DNA from: Microgenomates group bacterium
GTDB taxonomy: Bacteria; Patescibacteriota; Microgenomatia; UBA12405
NCBI GenBank assembly: GCA_049303675.1
Contig: JBAQNJ010000001.1
Location: 890,001-954,000 of the forward strand
Direction of reading: 5' to 3'
Length of the DNA: 64,000 bases
Within the stretch, counting starts at the first letter, position 1. Each line of letters opens with the position of its first letter. Under the pieces are notes generated by a model. The model ran no database searches. It saw only the letters and a list, made by a program, of their open reading frames with translations, and was not told where the DNA came from. Of the stretch, positions 31,197-39,616 are shown in pieces. A program made the position numbers and the translations under genes.

Positions 31197-32399
31197 TTAT
31201 TTCAGTAGTTCTTCTATAGCCTTATCCAACTGATTATCAGACAATTTAGTATCTTTATTTACCTCATATTTTACCTCCACATCGGGATCTACTCCCACTT
31301 TGTGAATATTTTTACCATTGGGCAACAACCATCGCGCAATAGTAACGTGTATCCCTGATCCATCGGCGAAATCTTCTGGCTGTTGGACTGTCCCTTTACC
31401 AAATGTTTTCTCACCCACCAGTTTTCCTCGTTTATAGTCTTTGAGTGCACCTGCCAATATTTCCGATGCCGAGGCCGATCCTCCATTTACCAACACCACC
31501 AACTTGTCATCTACTAGACGTCCCAATGATTTGTCCACAGTATAGTCTTCTTTTCTACCGTCTGAAGTCTCCTGTGATACGACTACTCCCTCCTTGATGA
31601 AATCTGAGGCCACCATTACCGATGCCTGTAAAAAGCCACCAGGGTTATTACGGACATCGAGAACTATCCCGCCAAAATTACCTTTGTTTTTTTGGGCTAG
31701 TATTTTAGACACCACCTCATTCCAATCCTTGTACAACTGATCAGTGAATTTGTAGAGCTTGATCCAAGCCACTGTCTTGCCACCTGATTCCTTAAATTCA
31801 AGTTCCAAACTCGGCACCACAATATTATCTCGGATTAAAATAAAATCTTTTGGTTCCACAAAACCAGTCCTAAAAATTTTCAGTGTCACTTCAGTCCCAA
31901 CCTTTCCTCTAATCAAGTTTACCGCTTCGTCTAAAGGTAAATTGGCCGTATCTTTATCAATATTTTTATTTTTATCAATTATTTTTAAAATCAAGTCCCC
32001 TGCTAAAATCCCTGCCTTATCGGCTGGAGTCTTGGGTAGCGGCGACATCACCGCCAAGTTTTTGTCTTTGAATCCCAAACTAATACCCACACCGCCAAAT
32101 ACACCCGCCAAATCTTCATTGGCATTTTTATTATCTTTTGGAGGCAAATATACTGTGTACGGATCTCCGAGAGATTGCACCATGCCCGCAATTGCTCCCT
32201 GCACCAAATCGTTATCTTTTATTTTATCTTTATCTAAAAATTCTTTTTGCAGCCTGTCCTTCACTTTCCACATCATCGATAAATTTAGTCCATTCGTCGG
32301 CACCTCTGCCCTTTTTTCACCCAATCGAAAACTAATTAGAGAAAAACTGGCTATCAAAGCCAGTACCAAAACTATATTTCTGATATTTTTTATGAACAC
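31197..32399 (-). CDS. S41-family C-terminal processing peptidase
   Basis: 400 aa; PDZ domain then GGSASASE Ser nucleophile and downstream Lys. Confidence 0.85.
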   Translation of the reverse strand: MFIKNIRNIVLVLALIASFSLISFRLGEKRAEVPTNGLNLSMMWKVKDRLQKEFLDKDKIKDNDLVQGAIAGMVQSLGDPYTVYLPPKDNKNANEDLAGVFGGVGISLGFKDKNLAVMSPLPKTPADKAGILAGDLILKIIDKNKNIDKDTANLPLDEAVNLIRGKVGTEVTLKIFRTGFVEPKDFILIRDNIVVPSLELEFKESGGKTVAWIKLYKFTDQLYKDWNEVVSKILAQKNKGNFGGIVLDVRNNPGGFLQASVMVASDFIKEGVVVSQETSDGRKEDYTVDKSLGRLVDDKLVVLVNGGSASASEILAGALKDYKRGKLVGEKTFGKGTVQQPEDFADGSGIHVTIARWLLPNGKNIHKVGVDPDVEVKYEVNKDTKLSDNQLDKAIEELLK

Positions 32400-32400
32400 G

Positions 32401-33153
32401 CTATGGGGTAACCATTAACAACAATCTACCGCTGCTTCCATCAATTAGTGATCTCACTTCGCTGCCATCTAGGGCTTGGAGTCGCTCAAAAGTGTCTAGA
32501 TTCACCTTGATAATTGGTATCTTGAAATTAATTCTAACATTTTTGTCCAAATTGTCATTGTCCAACACTACAATTCCCCCAACTCCGACTACATCAGCTT
32601 TCATGAGTACCGATTGATCCAAATCTCCCATCAAAACCAGCTTGTCTTCACCCAAAAAATTTAAATCTGCTATTTTTTTCAGATCTTTTATTCCCTTGTT
32701 CACCCAACCCTTATTATCATTTAGGCCAATCCCCAAGTATTCTTCGGCAATAAATTCCAGTATCATTTTATCCTCCCCAATTTTCCCTACCACTGCCTCA
32801 GTCGGGCTATTGACCTTGCGAGTTTTGCTACCTACCACCAAGTGCAAGTTCTGCCATTGATCAATTCCATTGAAGGATCCTTTTGCAGGAGCAACTATTT
32901 TTCGACCCCACCAACCGCTTTTTTCAAACAAAGTATCTCCCAGCTCAATGTTTTTATTGTTATTTTCCTCGTTAATTCTATTAACAGTATTTTGGTCAAT
33001 TCCTCGCATCTGCTGACCCAAACCAAACACCACCTCTTCTTCAACTACATATTCAAACAACTCCTGCCCATAGACAACCGTATCCCCTTCTTTGACTTTC
33101 ATTTTTGACCCAAATGGTAAAGATAATACCCAATTGGCTTTTATTTTTTTCAC
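32401..33153 (-). CDS. hypothetical protein
   Basis: 250 aa; N-terminal hybrid-motif-like MKVKEGDTVVYGQEL; no catalytic signature. Confidence 0.45.
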   Translation of the reverse strand: MKKIKANWVLSLPFGSKMKVKEGDTVVYGQELFEYVVEEEVVFGLGQQMRGIDQNTVNRINEENNNKNIELGDTLFEKSGWWGRKIVAPAKGSFNGIDQWQNLHLVVGSKTRKVNSPTEAVVGKIGEDKMILEFIAEEYLGIGLNDNKGWVNKGIKDLKKIADLNFLGEDKLVLMGDLDQSVLMKADVVGVGGIVVLDNDNLDKNVRINFKIPIIKVNLDTFERLQALDGSEVRSLIDGSSGRLLLMVTP

Positions 33154-33181
33154 AATACCAGTATACCAAAACTACTCAGTC

Positions 33182-33415
33182 TTATTCCTGTGTAGTAAAG
33201 GGCAGCAACGCCAAATGGCGAGCCCTTTTGACTGCCACCGCCAATCTTTTTTGATGCTTAACACAAACTCCGGTAAACTTTGAAGTCAATATCTTTGACC
33301 TAGCTGACAAATATTCCTTCAATCTCTCAGTATCGCTCCACACCGGCTCAACTTTGGCCTTACAAAAGGCACATTCACGAGATCGTGGTTTTATGGGTGG
33401 TTTTTTTTGTTTCAT
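33182..33415 (-). CDS. rpsR: 30S ribosomal protein S18
   Basis: CAFCKAKVE...LTSKFTGVC.KHQKRLA.AVKRAR.LALLP. Confidence 0.9.
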   Translation of the reverse strand: MKQKKPPIKPRSRECAFCKAKVEPVWSDTERLKEYLSARSKILTSKFTGVCVKHQKRLAVAVKRARHLALLPFTTQE

Positions 33416-33903
33416 GATTTATCATCAACTGGTATTTCCCCTATCTCGTCGGGAATAACTATATCTTCAATTTCTCCATTGGGTGTAATTTCGACTTCTT
33501 CGGCAACTGGCATAACTGATTCTGAATGCATCTGTGGACCACGATCCCCTCCACCCATCGGCACACCTTTGTTATCCAAAATTATCATATCATCAATCAC
33601 TATTTCTGAGACTTGTTTCTTCATTCCCGTCGAATCAGTTATTTCGCGATACTGGATTCTACCCTCTACGTAAATTCGCCGGCCCTTGGATAATAGTTGG
33701 GAACACAGTTCAGCCAATTTATTCCAAGCGACTATTCGATGAAATTGGGCATCCTCTTTTTTCTCACCCTGTTTAGTTACCCAAACCCGATTAGTCGCCA
33801 ATCCGAAGCTAGCTACAGCCATTCCGGCTGGGGTATAACGTAATTCAGGATCACGGGTTAAATTACCTATTAATAGTACACGATTAAGACATCTACTTGG
33901 CAT
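33412..33903 (-). CDS. ssb: single-stranded DNA-binding protein
   Basis: 163 aa; OB fold NRVLLIGNLTRDPELRYTP.G..VA.F.LATN; acidic tail ending DIVIPDEIGEIPVDDKS. Confidence 0.88.
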   Translation of the reverse strand: MPSRCLNRVLLIGNLTRDPELRYTPAGMAVASFGLATNRVWVTKQGEKKEDAQFHRIVAWNKLAELCSQLLSKGRRIYVEGRIQYREITDSTGMKKQVSEIVIDDMIILDNKGVPMGGGDRGPQMHSESVMPVAEEVEITPNGEIEDIVIPDEIGEIPVDDKS

Positions 33904-33918
33904 ATTCTTCCTAAATTA

Positions 33919-34215
33919 TTAATTTTTTAATATCAAATAACGAATGACACTCACTTCTCGGTTCAAAAAGATATTTATGTCAGTTACTTTAACCGGCTTT
34001 TCTGATTCTATAGTCAATTCCCAAAAGTCTCCCTTACGGTGTTTTTGAATTGGATAGACCAATTCCTTGGTCCCCAAATTGTCTTTTTTGGAGATTTCCG
34101 CTTTGACACTATCCAAAAAGGCACTCACCTTGGCGATAACTCCCTCAGTTGTTTTGGATTCAGTTTTTGGAGCAAAAACAAGAACCATTTGATATTTGTT
34201 GATTTTTCCTTTCAT
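33919..34215 (-). CDS. rpsF: 30S ribosomal protein S6
   Basis: 98 aa; S6 fold signature; rpsF-ssb-rpsR order. Confidence 0.85.
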   Translation of the reverse strand: MKGKINKYQMVLVFAPKTESKTTEGVIAKVSAFLDSVKAEISKKDNLGTKELVYPIQKHRKGDFWELTIESEKPVKVTDINIFLNREVSVIRYLILKN

Positions 34216-34243
34216 AAAACTATCTAGCTTAACACAGCCTCAT

Positions 34244-34438
34244 TTAATTTACAATCTCTTCTTCCACCAATTTTGCCGGATCAAAGTCTTTATCGACAAT
34301 TTTGAGAACTTCATTAATAACTTCATCCGGCAATTCATCATTATCAGCATAACTTTCTAGCAGTTTATCGGCTGCCAACATGGTATCCGCACTTACCTCC
34401 ATTCCGGCAATTATTTCTCTAGCTTCCTTAACTGTCAT
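34244..34438 (-). CDS. hypothetical small acidic protein (paralogue A)
   Basis: 64 aa; MTVKEAREIIAGMEVS...ILKIVDKDFD shares N-terminal and central blocks with the adjacent 97-aa ORF. Confidence 0.45.
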   Translation of the reverse strand: MTVKEAREIIAGMEVSADTMLAADKLLESYADNDELPDEVINEVLKIVDKDFDPAKLVEEEIVN

Positions 34439-34443
34439 ATTTT

Positions 34444-34737
34444 TTAGATTATATCACTCTTCTGCTTGATTTTATCATCGATTTCGTCAGCAATTTTGCC
34501 AGCCTCATCATCCACGGTTTTTAGAAATTCATCAGCCATATCCGCTCCTGCCTGATAAATATCTGCCGCCAATTTAGTGGCATCCATTTCTATATCCACG
34601 ATTTTGAGAATCTGATCAATTGCCTCTTCTGCCACATCACCTTCCCCAAACTCTGCCAATATCTCATCAATTTTGGCTACTGCCTCCTCCGACAACTCCA
34701 TTCCCTTTATTATTTCCCTCGCTTCTTTGACATTCAT
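34444..34737 (-). CDS. hypothetical small acidic protein (paralogue B)
   Basis: 97 aa; MNVKEAREIIKGMELS...ILKIVDIEMD; tandem paralogue of 34244..34438. Confidence 0.45.
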   Translation of the reverse strand: MNVKEAREIIKGMELSEEAVAKIDEILAEFGEGDVAEEAIDQILKIVDIEMDATKLAADIYQAGADMADEFLKTVDDEAGKIADEIDDKIKQKSDII

Positions 34738-34745
34738 AAGTAATC

Positions 34746-35417
34746 TTATGCTGTCGCAGTTCCAAAAGTCAAGCTGTGTGCTCCCTTGGCAATTTTCAAC
34801 TTCTCCCGCGACTCAGCCATATTGTTAAGTCTGTTGTTTAGTTCCCTAGCTTTTTCAATAAAATACTCGCTCCTGACACTCATATGTTCAATTGTCTCCG
34901 TCATCACTTCTAGTCTAGGTCGATTTTGTTCAACACCTTTATCTGCTAAATCATTTGCCCTATCAATAACGTTGCCCAGTTTGATTTGTTCGACATTGTG
35001 TCTCAAAAAATTTACAGCTACACCCACAGCCGCAGTAGCGTCCTCAACCATTGCGGTAGATCCATTTATAATCCCTAGTCCACGATATCTTTCTTTCAAT
35101 TCTTCTACCGCTCCACCGACATTTTCTTTAAGTGTCTTGAATTTTTCACTCATTACTTCATAACCTCTTTTGAAAACATTACCAATTCTCTCAAAAACAT
35201 TTTTATTTGAACCTTCGTGATAAGCATCCGAAATAAATTCTTTAGCATCTTGAAATTTTTCCTTCGCTTTTTCAACTATCATCCCTCCCACTCCATGAAC
35301 CTCGGCAATTGTCTCTTCAGCAATGCGACCTGCACTGGTATGTGCCATAAATCTCTCCCAGCCACTTTTAACATTTGTTTTTAACCTTTCCCACAAATTT
35401 GGATGTTTTTCAGCCAT
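34746..35417 (-). CDS. hypothetical alpha-helical protein
   Basis: 223 aa; predicted coiled-coil/helical repeat character; no domain recognised. Confidence 0.45.
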   Translation of the reverse strand: MAEKHPNLWERLKTNVKSGWERFMAHTSAGRIAEETIAEVHGVGGMIVEKAKEKFQDAKEFISDAYHEGSNKNVFERIGNVFKRGYEVMSEKFKTLKENVGGAVEELKERYRGLGIINGSTAMVEDATAAVGVAVNFLRHNVEQIKLGNVIDRANDLADKGVEQNRPRLEVMTETIEHMSVRSEYFIEKARELNNRLNNMAESREKLKIAKGAHSLTFGTATA

Positions 35418-35461
35418 TTATTTTGGTTAATTATTATAATATATATTATATAGGATACTAT

Positions 35462-36886
35462 CTATAAAGTCAATTTTCTTAATTCAAAGCCATCAGCTTT
35501 GTCTAGCACGGTATACCCCTTCTTTTCTATCTCCCCTCTTATCCCATCTGCCTCGGCATAATTTTTATTTTTCTTGGCCTCGAGTCTCAAGTTTGCCAGC
35601 GCTATCACTTCCTCAGGGATCTTATTCTCAATTCTCTTTTCCCCCAGTCTCAGCCCCAAAACCTTATCAAAATCCAGCAGTGTTGCCTTTTTGTCAATAT
35701 CCGTTACATTTTCATCCTTCACCAATTTCCAAACTAAGGCAATTACCTCCGGCATCGCCAAATCATCAGCAATTTTGTCAGAAAATATTTGTGAATAGTC
35801 TTCATTTACTGCTCCTCCACCCTCCCAGCTACTTACCAACGATTTTAGTTTTTGATAAGCCAAGTTGACGGTTTTTAGGTTCTCCAGTGAAAACTCCATT
35901 CCTTTTCTATAATGAGTAGTCAAAAATAAATAGCGATAGCTTAGTGGATCAACACCCATTACCACCAATTCTTGGGCAGTAAAAACATTACCCAACGACT
36001 TCGACATTTTTGTCCCACCTTTACCCATTACCCAAGCATTATGTATCCAAAAGTTTGCAGTTTGAGCACCAAATGCTCCGTATCCTTGGGCAATTTCATT
36101 TGTATGATGGACTGGAATGTGGTCTATTCCACCGGTATGAATATCAAATTTTTCTCCCAAATATTTTACCGACATCGCCGTACATTCGATATGCCACCCC
36201 GGAAAACCAATTCCCCACGGACTCTCCCACTCCATCTGACGTCTTGTAGCGACGTCATCCTGAGCGGAGTCAAAGGATCTTCCATTTAAATATGAGAATT
36301 TCCATAGAGCAAAGTCACTCAGATTCTTCTTTTCTCTATTTATCTCATCTCTATTGGTATCAATTATTTCATCCAATTTTAAATTGGCAAATTTAGCATA
36401 GTCTGCAAATTTGCTAGTATCAAAATACACACCATCGGACGTTAAATAAGTAAATCCATTTTTTTCTATCTTTTGAACTAATTCAATTTGTTCCTTAATA
36501 TGAGCAGTAGCTGCACAAACTACGTCTGGTCTATTAATATTCAACAATTCTTCACTTTCGAAAAATTGTTTCTCATATTTTTTGGCTACTTCCCAGACCG
36601 AAATACCTTCACGCTTGGCTCCTTTTTCCATTTTATCCTCACCGGTATCAGCATCTGAAGTCAGAGCCCCTACATCAGTCAAATTCATCACCATATTTAC
36701 CTTATAGCCAAAATACCTCAGTGTTCGCACCATGACATCAGCAAATAGATAAGCATACATATTACCTATATGCTGATCCCAATATACTGTTGGGCCGCAG
36801 GAATATATCCCCACCTTCCCCTCAATTATTGGCTCAAACTCTTCTTTTTTCCGAGTTGCTGTATTATAAAAATATATTTTCTGCAT
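35462..36886 (-). CDS. cysS: cysteine--tRNA ligase
   Basis: 474 aa; class I HIGH-like CGPTVYWDQHIGN and KMSKS loop (KMSKSLGN). Confidence 0.93.
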   Translation of the reverse strand: MQKIYFYNTATRKKEEFEPIIEGKVGIYSCGPTVYWDQHIGNMYAYLFADVMVRTLRYFGYKVNMVMNLTDVGALTSDADTGEDKMEKGAKREGISVWEVAKKYEKQFFESEELLNINRPDVVCAATAHIKEQIELVQKIEKNGFTYLTSDGVYFDTSKFADYAKFANLKLDEIIDTNRDEINREKKNLSDFALWKFSYLNGRSFDSAQDDVATRRQMEWESPWGIGFPGWHIECTAMSVKYLGEKFDIHTGGIDHIPVHHTNEIAQGYGAFGAQTANFWIHNAWVMGKGGTKMSKSLGNVFTAQELVVMGVDPLSYRYLFLTTHYRKGMEFSLENLKTVNLAYQKLKSLVSSWEGGGAVNEDYSQIFSDKIADDLAMPEVIALVWKLVKDENVTDIDKKATLLDFDKVLGLRLGEKRIENKIPEEVIALANLRLEAKKNKNYAEADGIRGEIEKKGYTVLDKADGFELRKLTL

Positions 36887-36889
36887 AAA

Positions 36890-37258
36890 TTAATCCAATT
36901 TATCACAAATTTTCATTTTTCCAAAATATTTCATTCTTAATAATTTCTTGTCCATAGTCAAAAAATAATCACACTCCCCTTCTAAGCCCGAATACAATTG
37001 GACATTATCTTCAAAGTCATCCGTAGGACCTAACAACGATTTCTCTACCACATTTTTGTCTAAATCAACAACTTTAAACCTATTTACTATTTTATTTAAC
37101 ATCTCATCTGGAATCTTCATCTTTAGGATATAAGACAAAATGTGAACTGACAAAGCAGAAACAACTGTACAGTTATCCCCTATCATCACCTCAAATGAAT
37201 GTTTCCTCTCACCAAAAATATCTACTAATATGTTTACATCAAGGTAGATATTTGCCAT
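36890..37258 (-). CDS. vapC: PIN-domain ribonuclease toxin (VapC-like)
   Basis: 122 aa; YLDVNILVD N-terminal acidic motif and conserved distal Asp/Glu positions. Confidence 0.7.
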   Translation of the reverse strand: MANIYLDVNILVDIFGERKHSFEVMIGDNCTVVSALSVHILSYILKMKIPDEMLNKIVNRFKVVDLDKNVVEKSLLGPTDDFEDNVQLYSGLEGECDYFLTMDKKLLRMKYFGKMKICDKLD

Positions 37259-37520
37259 ATTTTTTCATTATTCCATCATGGTAGATTTTTTCGGCTTTTT
37301 TTTGTGTTAGTCCTTTTACTCTTGGTAAGCTCTTTATGAAATCCGCAAAACTAGTCTTATCTTTTTTAACAACTTTTTTCGGCCTTATTTCCGCCACCAC
37401 TTCACCATGAAGCATTATTTGGGTTATTTGTTTATTTACTTTTGTCGCAGTTAATACATCAAAGATGTTACTGCGTAACTGCGTTGCTGTCATCGTTTTA
37501 GTCATAATACCAGTGTACAT
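37239..37520 (-). CDS. Phd/YefM-family antitoxin
   Basis: 93 aa; TATQLRSNIFDVL N-terminal motif; overlaps the PIN gene by 20 nt. Confidence 0.65.
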   Translation of the reverse strand: MYTGIMTKTMTATQLRSNIFDVLTATKVNKQITQIMLHGEVVAEIRPKKVVKKDKTSFADFIKSLPRVKGLTQKKAEKIYHDGIMKKYGKYLP

Positions 37521-37540
37521 CTATGTACATGTCATGTCAA

Positions 37541-38041
37541 CTACTCCATTTTACCCGCTATCTCAGCAGTTTGCGATAGTTGAGATGGGTCTGGCTGTTG
37601 GGTCTTCTTCTTCCCCTTCGCAAACGCCCCTCCCCGTTTCTTTTTACGCTTAGCTGGATTCGCCGAGACCTCTCCTGATAGAGAATTTCTCTCTGCCGCT
37701 TCAGCCTCCCGTTGCTGCCTCACCTTTTCCAAAAACTCCTTCTCTTTTTGATCTTCTGTTTGTTCTCTCTCTTTTTCCACCTGCTTTATCTCCTCTTCGA
37801 CGTTCCTTCCTGAGATCTGAGATCTGAGATCTGCCATCTCTTGCTGTCTTTTTCTCTCATCTTCTGCCTGTCTTTGAGCCATTTCCTGTGGACTATATGT
37901 CTTTATATCACCCAAAAGTTGCTTGCCAGTGACAATTGTTTCTGTCATTTTGCCAGCTTCCTTTATTCCCTCTTTACCCGACTCCACCACTATCTCTCCC
38001 AAATTTTTCAACACTTTTTTCAAAATTCCGTCATTTGTCAT
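37541..38041 (-). CDS. hypothetical highly charged protein
   Basis: 166 aa; Glu/Lys/Arg/Gln-rich coiled coil with in-frame GAGATCT tandem repeats; AATTACGAATT motif immediately upstream. Confidence 0.45.
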   Translation of the reverse strand: MTNDGILKKVLKNLGEIVVESGKEGIKEAGKMTETIVTGKQLLGDIKTYSPQEMAQRQAEDERKRQQEMADLRSQISGRNVEEEIKQVEKEREQTEDQKEKEFLEKVRQQREAEAAERNSLSGEVSANPAKRKKKRGGAFAKGKKKTQQPDPSQLSQTAEIAGKME

Positions 38042-38076
38042 TCGTAATTCGTAATTATTAATTTGTAATTATGTAA
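38042..38076. promoter_or_regulatory. AATTCGTAATT heptad tandem motif directly upstream of the 37541..38041 start
   Basis: tcgtaattcgtaattattaatttgtaattatgtaa. Confidence 0.35.
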
Positions 38077-38680
38077 AAGTTCTCCCCTCCATTGCCCGAC
38101 TCAATGTCGCCATATCGACATACTCCATATCCGAGCCAATCGGCAAACCACTGCCAATTCTGGAAATACGTATATTGCCCTTCTTCATATCTTCAATTTT
38201 TTTTCTAATATATAGAGCCGTAGCCTCTCCCTCCATTGTTAAATTTGTGGCGAGGATGATCTCCACCTCATCCTCTATTTCTCTTAATCTATCCATCAAT
38301 TCTTCAACTTTGAGATCTTCTGGACCGACATGATTCAGCGGGTTTATCACCCCATTAAGGACATGATACACCCCCGTGTAATTCCCCACATTCTCTAGTG
38401 CCATCACATCAATCGCTCGCTCAACCACACAAATTATTTTGGTATTTCTTCGAGTATCACTACAAATTCCACAAATATCGTTATCGCCAACACCAAAACA
38501 CTTCAGACAAATTTTGATTTCTTTTTTTAATCGCAAGAGACTACTACTAATCTCTTCCACAAACGAGGTGGGTGTATTTAGTAAATAAAAGGCCAATCTA
38601 CTGGCACTTTTAGGACCAATGCCGGGCATCCGTTCAAAAACCCCAACCAAATCCGTAATTGCCCGAGGTAAGCTAGCCAT
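38069..38680 (-). CDS. recR: recombination protein RecR
   Basis: 203 aa; HhH, C4 zinc finger CLKC...CGIC, Toprim. Confidence 0.9.
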   Translation of the reverse strand: MASLPRAITDLVGVFERMPGIGPKSASRLAFYLLNTPTSFVEEISSSLLRLKKEIKICLKCFGVGDNDICGICSDTRRNTKIICVVERAIDVMALENVGNYTGVYHVLNGVINPLNHVGPEDLKVEELMDRLREIEDEVEIILATNLTMEGEATALYIRKKIEDMKKGNIRISRIGSGLPIGSDMEYVDMATLSRAMEGRTFT

Positions 38681-38683
38681 ATA

Positions 38684-38950
38684 TTACATCGATCCCTCGA
38701 GATCTTTACTCATTTCCTGCATTTTTTTCATCGATGCTTCAGTCGCCTTTTTGAGCCCTTTATTAATTGTCTTGACCAATATATCATTTTCTACACCATT
38801 TACCGATAATATTTTAACTTCTGGCTCGCTCATCGCCATAAATCCTTTGACTACAATTTTTATTCCCGCTTCCTCGAACTCATAAGTTTGCCCCTCGATG
38901 GCTCTTTTCATTTTAAAGACCTGCATGGCCATTTTTGCTTTATCAAACAT
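38684..38950 (-). CDS. ybaB: YbaB/EbfC nucleoid-associated protein
   Basis: 88 aa; MFDKAKMAMQVFKMKRAIE N-terminus and central beta-hairpin region; dnaX-ybaB-recR neighbourhood. Confidence 0.8.
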   Translation of the reverse strand: MFDKAKMAMQVFKMKRAIEGQTYEFEEAGIKIVVKGFMAMSEPEVKILSVNGVENDILVKTINKGLKKATEASMKKMQEMSKDLEGSM

Positions 38951-38964
38951 AAATTTATTATATA

Positions 38965-39204
38965 TTAACTATCAATTTTACCATTAATAAATCTAACTTT
39001 TACGCCTATTTGTTTCTCCGTTTCTTCTGCTAATCGTCTGAGTGACATATCATCAAGTAAATCCAAGTCACTAAATAAAACATCCATTTTTTCACGAGTA
39101 TGACAGGGTTTATTTTGCTCCAATGCTACTTGAAATTCACCAACTACTTTTTCAATACTTGGAGTTATTATCTTACATTCACTACACATAGCCCATTCTA
39201 TCAT
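38965..39204 (-). CDS. hypothetical protein
   Basis: 79 aa. Confidence 0.35.
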   Translation of the reverse strand: MIEWAMCSECKIITPSIEKVVGEFQVALEQNKPCHTREKMDVLFSDLDLLDDMSLRRLAEETEKQIGVKVRFINGKIDS

Positions 39205-39614
39205 TACAGTCCAAATTTTATTCTTCTAGACTTTATAACCTCTCGGACCTTTGCCCTCACTTCTGGCATTATCGACAATCTATCATAATTATCCACTTCT
39301 GCTTCATCCATATTTGATATTTGTCCCCTAGCAGCATCTTTATCTCCAGTCTTGCCAAATAACTTGGCTCTCTCTTCATGGAAGATAACATGCAAATCAT
39401 GGGTCATGGGAATACCGGCTTGGTCAATATAGTCAGGTATTCCTCTCCTTTTTAGCTCACTTTTTTCAGGTTCATGATGGGTTGTATTTGGTGAGCCAAT
39501 CATCAATTCTTTTAAAAAAGCTACATCATCACCCAGTTCAATTTTTGATAATTTATGTGTAGTCGGCCGACTTTTTGCATTCCAATTTTCTGGGACTGCA
39601 AAAAGTCTGCCCAT
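39204..39614 (-). CDS. hypothetical protein
   Basis: 136 aa between dnaX and ybaB. Confidence 0.4.
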   Translation of the reverse strand: MGRLFAVPENWNAKSRPTTHKLSKIELGDDVAFLKELMIGSPNTTHHEPEKSELKRRGIPDYIDQAGIPMTHDLHVIFHEERAKLFGKTGDKDAARGQISNMDEAEVDNYDRLSIMPEVRAKVREVIKSRRIKFGL

Positions 39615-39616
39615 AT

